Assembly (NCBI GenBank): GCA_030141605.1
Contig: JAQGDQ010002154.1
Location: 1 to 12,618 of the forward strand
Direction: 5' to 3'
Source of the DNA: Tubiluchus corallicola
Lineage: Eukaryota > Animalia > Priapulida
DNA length: 12,618 nt
The first letter of the stretch is position 1, and each line of letters starts with the position of its first letter. Both the position numbers and the translations under genes were made by a program. The notes below the pieces were generated by a model. It saw only the letters and a program-made list of their open reading frames with translations, was not told where the DNA came from and did no database searches. Of the stretch, positions 10,801 to 12,618 are shown piece after piece.

Positions 10801-11974
10801 CGTACTATGTTGGTATTAAATTTGACTATTTTCATAGTGAAAAGTGTTACCATGACTGCCAACAGGAGCTCGATAACTGTACTAAAGAACTTGTCAAACG
10901 CTGTGAAAATCATACTGATGAAGCTGCATGTCTTAGTCTCATACCAAATACATGCAATCTGGAGAAATGCGTGCAGAAGCATCCCTGCTACACAGACTGG
11001 GCAGACCACTGCAGGAAAATATCTATGGAATGTCAAAAAAGACAGTGTGAAGTGTTAACTAATGTTTGCAAACGACTCGAGAGCGAATGTCAAGACGACT
11101 GCAACCGCACGGGGAATGTCTGTCTTGAGGATTGTAAACAGAACTACACAAATTGCATTGCTGATGCTAAGAGAGTTTGTCATGAACAGTGTGTTAATAA
11201 CTCAGGTCTTGGCTGTACGGAATTATTAGCTGTAGAAGCTGAGCGTCAAGTGTGTAGAAACAGTTATCATAACTGCACTCAAAATTATACATTTGGACTA
11301 CAATCTTGTTTTCAGCTGTTCTCGTCTTGCATGAGATCATGTTACAAATTTAAAAATGGACAAAACTGCACGTTTATTTGTGATCCAAAGTTGAGCGCTT
11401 GCTCATCTGCTATTTCTGAGGACTGTAAGCAAAAGACAATACTGGCTGCTCCAGTTTGTGCCGACATTATCTGGCTAGAAGATATTTTGGAAAATGAAGC
11501 ATACATCAGAGGAAAAGAATTTCTTGCTTCGGGTACGTGAACATGTGCAAATGCTGATATATTTAACAGGAAACGGTTCTGATTAAAATGCGTCTTTTAA
11601 AAATACAAAAAAGTTGTTAACTGCATATATTATGCGAGTATTTATACGTTAGATAATTTTGTCAAAGATTTGTTGTAGGTTTGTGAAGCAAATGTAGGAG
11701 CAAATGTGAGTAGTGCGGATGTCACATCTTCGCGTGATTTAATTACCTTTAATTGCCCAATTAAAGGTAATCAAATAACGTGAAGATGTAACATCCACAC
11801 TACTAATGTGATATTCTTTACAACAGAAAACACGCCTTACCGCCTTGCCATACAGACTGCCGATGTGAAGCATGCAGGAACTTTTGCAAGAGTCTCAATC
11901 CAGATTCATGGTAGTTATGGAGATACTGATCAAGTGCAGTTAGACAGCAGTTTGGAAAGTTTTGGACGTAAACG
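570..11974 (+). CDS. Polycystin-1-like (PKD1L/REJ family) gene, internal 11-exon fragment; GAIN-like region, Cys-rich insert, N-terminal part of a PLAT domain
   Basis: Eleven AG/GT-bounded exons join with consistent end phases (1,0,0,2,0,1,0,1,0,1,2) into 2138 nt without a stop. Motifs GNPAEITQIIIAATATLN, NPFLW, VVFRRGKRP, TYYVGI and YRLAIQTADVKHAGTFARVSIQIHGSYG resemble PKD1-like and PLAT consensus as recalled. The gene runs off both window ends and the orthologue cannot be assigned. Confidence 0.8.
1553..1736. mobile_element. Degenerate foldback/MITE-like element with AAAAAGTCAC subrepeats and a central GGGTTAGGGTT
   Basis: AAAAAGTCAC at 1559, 1571 and 1595; inverted GTGACTTTT-like copies near 1663, 1677, 1691 and 1720; gggttagggttgg at 1634-1646. 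Confidence 0.6.
2001..2506. repeat. Intronic tandem repeat, ~170-173 bp unit, ~3 copies
   Basis: attgtacaYtgtagttag recurs at 2001, 2171 and 2344; the third copy has an internal deletion. Confidence 0.95.
3198..3307 (+). CDS. Exon b: EITQIIIAATATLNTDLRQINFTDEDYERKAFVVMAQ
   Basis: Acceptor tttattacag, donor CAG|gtaaaa; 110 nt, phase 1 to 0, open frame. Confidence 0.85.
3634..4093. mobile_element. piggyBac-type MITE, 460 bp, TTAA TSD
   Basis: TTAA|ccctttcataccc ... gggactgaaaggg|TTAA (TIR 11/13 match); TSDs at 3630-3633 and 4094-4097; CCC/GGG ends; no transposase ORF. Confidence 0.85.
4618..4753. repeat. Inverted triplication containing an 86-bp perfect palindrome (4668-4753)
   Basis: taatactttgtaaatgcttttagaaa occurs forward, inverted and forward again; 43-bp arms meet with no spacer at 4710/4711. 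Confidence 0.92.
4817..4875. repeat. (AAT)n microsatellite, ~19-20 units
   Basis: Pure ATA/AAT run ending ~43 nt before exon c. Confidence 0.97.
4919..5044 (+). CDS. Exon c: VRNALIQEILVLPVPNINSVRLVSSMLSQATDAVNEVSLKTM
   Basis: Acceptor cacttcag, donor ATG|gtaggc; 126 nt, phase 0 to 0; amphipathic helical pattern. Confidence 0.85.
5370..5464 (+). CDS. Exon d: EAVVNTIKKLGTVMKTRGEKEYDITHLEVSS(R)
   Basis: Acceptor aattatag, donor CG|gtaaat; 95 nt, phase 0 to 2. Confidence 0.8.
5809..6163 (+). mobile_element. Solo LTR, 355 bp, probably Gypsy-type
   Basis: TGT...ACA termini; flanks TAAC/AAAC (4-bp TSD with one mismatch); TATATAA at 5932-5938 followed by AATAAA at 6100-6105, in U3-R-U5 order. Confidence 0.7.
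5845..5938 (+). promoter_or_regulatory. Heat-shock-element cluster plus TATA box in the LTR
   Basis: aGAAtgTTCtgGAAc (5889-5903) and cTTCtgGAAgtTTCt (5908-5922) are perfect 3-unit nGAAn arrays; imperfect 4-unit array at 5845-5864; TATA 10 bp downstream. Confidence 0.6.
6242..6338 (+). CDS. Exon e: LLVQCISRALNRTKEVYSDLQGNKADQEKVFQ
   Basis: Acceptor ctctttcttag, donor CAG|gtaaaa; 97 nt, phase 2 to 0. Confidence 0.82.
6532..6908. repeat. CAT-rich ~106-109 bp tandem repeat (~2.7 copies) between direct repeats
   Basis: Units start at 6569, 6678 and 6784; actgttagatgcagagtggaaata occurs at 6532-6555 and 6859-6882. Confidence 0.9.
7332..7482 (+). CDS. Exon f: ARNISVKSVKLLDDVAEALSFHKVVAEEVTTFSTNVVTLSVKREKISELG
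   Basis: Acceptor ccttgcag, donor GAG|gtattc; 151 nt, phase 0 to 1; lies within ORF 7170-7520. Confidence 0.85.
7957..8236 (-). mobile_element. tRNA-derived SINE with a Meta/MESC-like core and (ATT)n tail
   Basis: On the minus strand: A box TAGTCTAGTGG, B box GAGTTCGAACC, then GGGTCATACCAAAGACTTTAAAAATGGTACCTGCTG, ending AATAAATATTATTATCATTATT. Flanks atgaaatta (7948-7956) and atcaaatta (8237-8245) form a 9-bp TSD with one mismatch. Confidence 0.85.
8606..8694 (+). CDS. Exon g: DSRIEMNGIGYFKMPPATAFRNERDSLGVE
   Basis: Acceptor tttttttttag-type tract, donor GAG|gtaaaa; 89 nt, phase 1 to 0. Confidence 0.85.
9026..9167 (+). CDS. Exon h: LYYLKDNPFLWSDFADIDTSVASIAVTEQKASSATLAEPLEYVFENK
   Basis: Acceptor cttttcag, donor AAG|gtatca; 142 nt, phase 0 to 1; NPFxW motif typical of the PKD1-like GAIN region. 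Confidence 0.88.
9332..9480 (+). CDS. Exon i: AIKTKKVDTFVLRSTARLTSKEITAHSFSVDAHSNVHLAFENLPTALQLK
   Basis: Acceptor ttcgtttag, donor AAG|gtgact; 149 nt, phase 1 to 0. Confidence 0.85.
9706..9801. mobile_element. Tc1/mariner-pogo-type MITE, 96 bp, TA TSD
   Basis: TA|cagtaagcctcatttaacg ... cattaaacgaggagttactg|TA; imperfect ~24-bp TIRs beginning CAGT. Confidence 0.8.
10119..10420. mobile_element. ~300-bp foldback/MITE with long imperfect inverted arms
   Basis: actgcatagacgcttaggt is inverted relative to acccaagccgctatgtagt; inner arms 10145-10200 and 10323-10374; TA at both ends. Confidence 0.7.
10641..11532 (+). CDS. Exon j: 892-nt exon, VVFRRGKRP...TYYVGI followed by a 30-Cys region
   Basis: Acceptor ttatttgcag, donor G|gtacgt; phase 0 to 1; corresponds to ORF 10635-11540. 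Confidence 0.92.
11709..11804. mobile_element. 96-bp hairpin element with AGTAGT...ACTACT ends and a 6-bp TSD (Polinton/Maverick-like termini)
   Basis: 47-bp arms (11709-11755 and 11758-11804), 5 mismatches, 2-nt loop; AATGTG at 11703-11708 and 11805-11810. Confidence 0.8.
11827..11974 (+). CDS. Exon k: PLAT/LH2 domain N-terminal half, ENTPYRLAIQTADVKHAGTFARVSIQIHGSYGDTDQVQLDSSLESFGRK
   Basis: Acceptor ttctttacaacag, donor CG|gtaagg; 148 nt, phase 1 to 2; matches the PLAT pattern YxxxxxTxDxxxAGTxAxVxIxxxGxxG...F(E/G)R. Confidence 0.9.
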
Positions 11975-12618
11975 GTAAGGTTATTCTGCATCCACACAAA
12001 ACATATTTTGACTTATGAAACTTCTTCCATGGACTTAACGTGTGGACTAATTGTTTTAAGCAAATGTGTCAATCGCAGCATCCACAAATAAAAACAGAGA
12101 TATTAATACTGATAATGGTTCTTTCGATTTAAAAAAACGGCTAGAGAAAGATCATCGGGGAAGATTTGCAGCTAAAATTTTAGGGGAGCTGCAAAAATAT
12201 AAAAATAGCCATTGTTTTAATACTGTATAAAACGAAATAAACATAATTTACGTGACTTCAATGTTGTAATTGTAATTTTAAACAAACAAACTGATTTATA
12301 GTTAAACTTGATATACTAAACAAACAATATTGTTTTCTTACGAATAGCCTAATTGTCGCAGTTCTAGAATATGTCTTTAGACGGCTTTTAAGCACGTGGC
12401 AAATTGACAACACGTACTGCAGTGAGCGACTGTACTCTTTCTACTTAAGGTACGGCGCCTTATCTGAGACATTTGCGCATGGCCGCATGCGCACAACAGT
12501 CAAACGCCGCGTTGCTGGAATTGTGAGCATGCGCTGTGCCGGACTGTGCTACCCTCACGTGCTCTGGTTCCGTGCCAGTATAAAGAAAGAACTAAAGAAA
12601 AACGACTTATCACATTGA

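Noticed and set aside
10767-11058. Overlapping ORFs within exon j
   Set aside because: Shadow frames of the real coding exon.
11679-11766. Coding exon VCEANVGANVSSADVTSSRDLITFNCPIK
   Set aside because: Open only in phase 0 while the upstream donor is phase 1; mostly hairpin-element sequence.

Overview
AT-rich eukaryotic (metazoan, probably marine invertebrate) genomic DNA. The window is an internal part of one large + strand spliced gene, with no start or stop codon inside the window. Eleven GT-AG exons (570-708, 3198-3307, 4919-5044, 5370-5464, 6242-6338, 7332-7482, 8606-8694, 9026-9167, 9332-9480, 10641-11532, 11827-11974) join with compatible phases into a 2138-nt stop-free frame (~712 aa). 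The product looks like a polycystin-1-like (PKD1L/REJ family) protein: a helical region, GAIN-like beta region (NPFLW and TYYVGI motifs), a 205-aa insert with 30 Cys, then the start of a PLAT/LH2 domain. There is no GPS motif or transmembrane helix before the PLAT, which differs from the canonical GPS-TM1-PLAT order. The introns hold many repeats: 105-bp and ~171-bp tandem arrays, a piggyBac-type MITE, an inverted triplication with an 86-bp perfect palindrome, a solo LTR with heat-shock elements, a CAT-rich nested repeat, a tRNA-derived SINE, a pogo/Tc1-type MITE, a 300-bp foldback, and a 96-bp hairpin with Polinton/Maverick-like AGTAGT ends and a 6-bp TSD. Most ORFs in the supplied track are spurious or are exons plus intron read-through. 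All family assignments come from motif recognition by eye; no searches were run.
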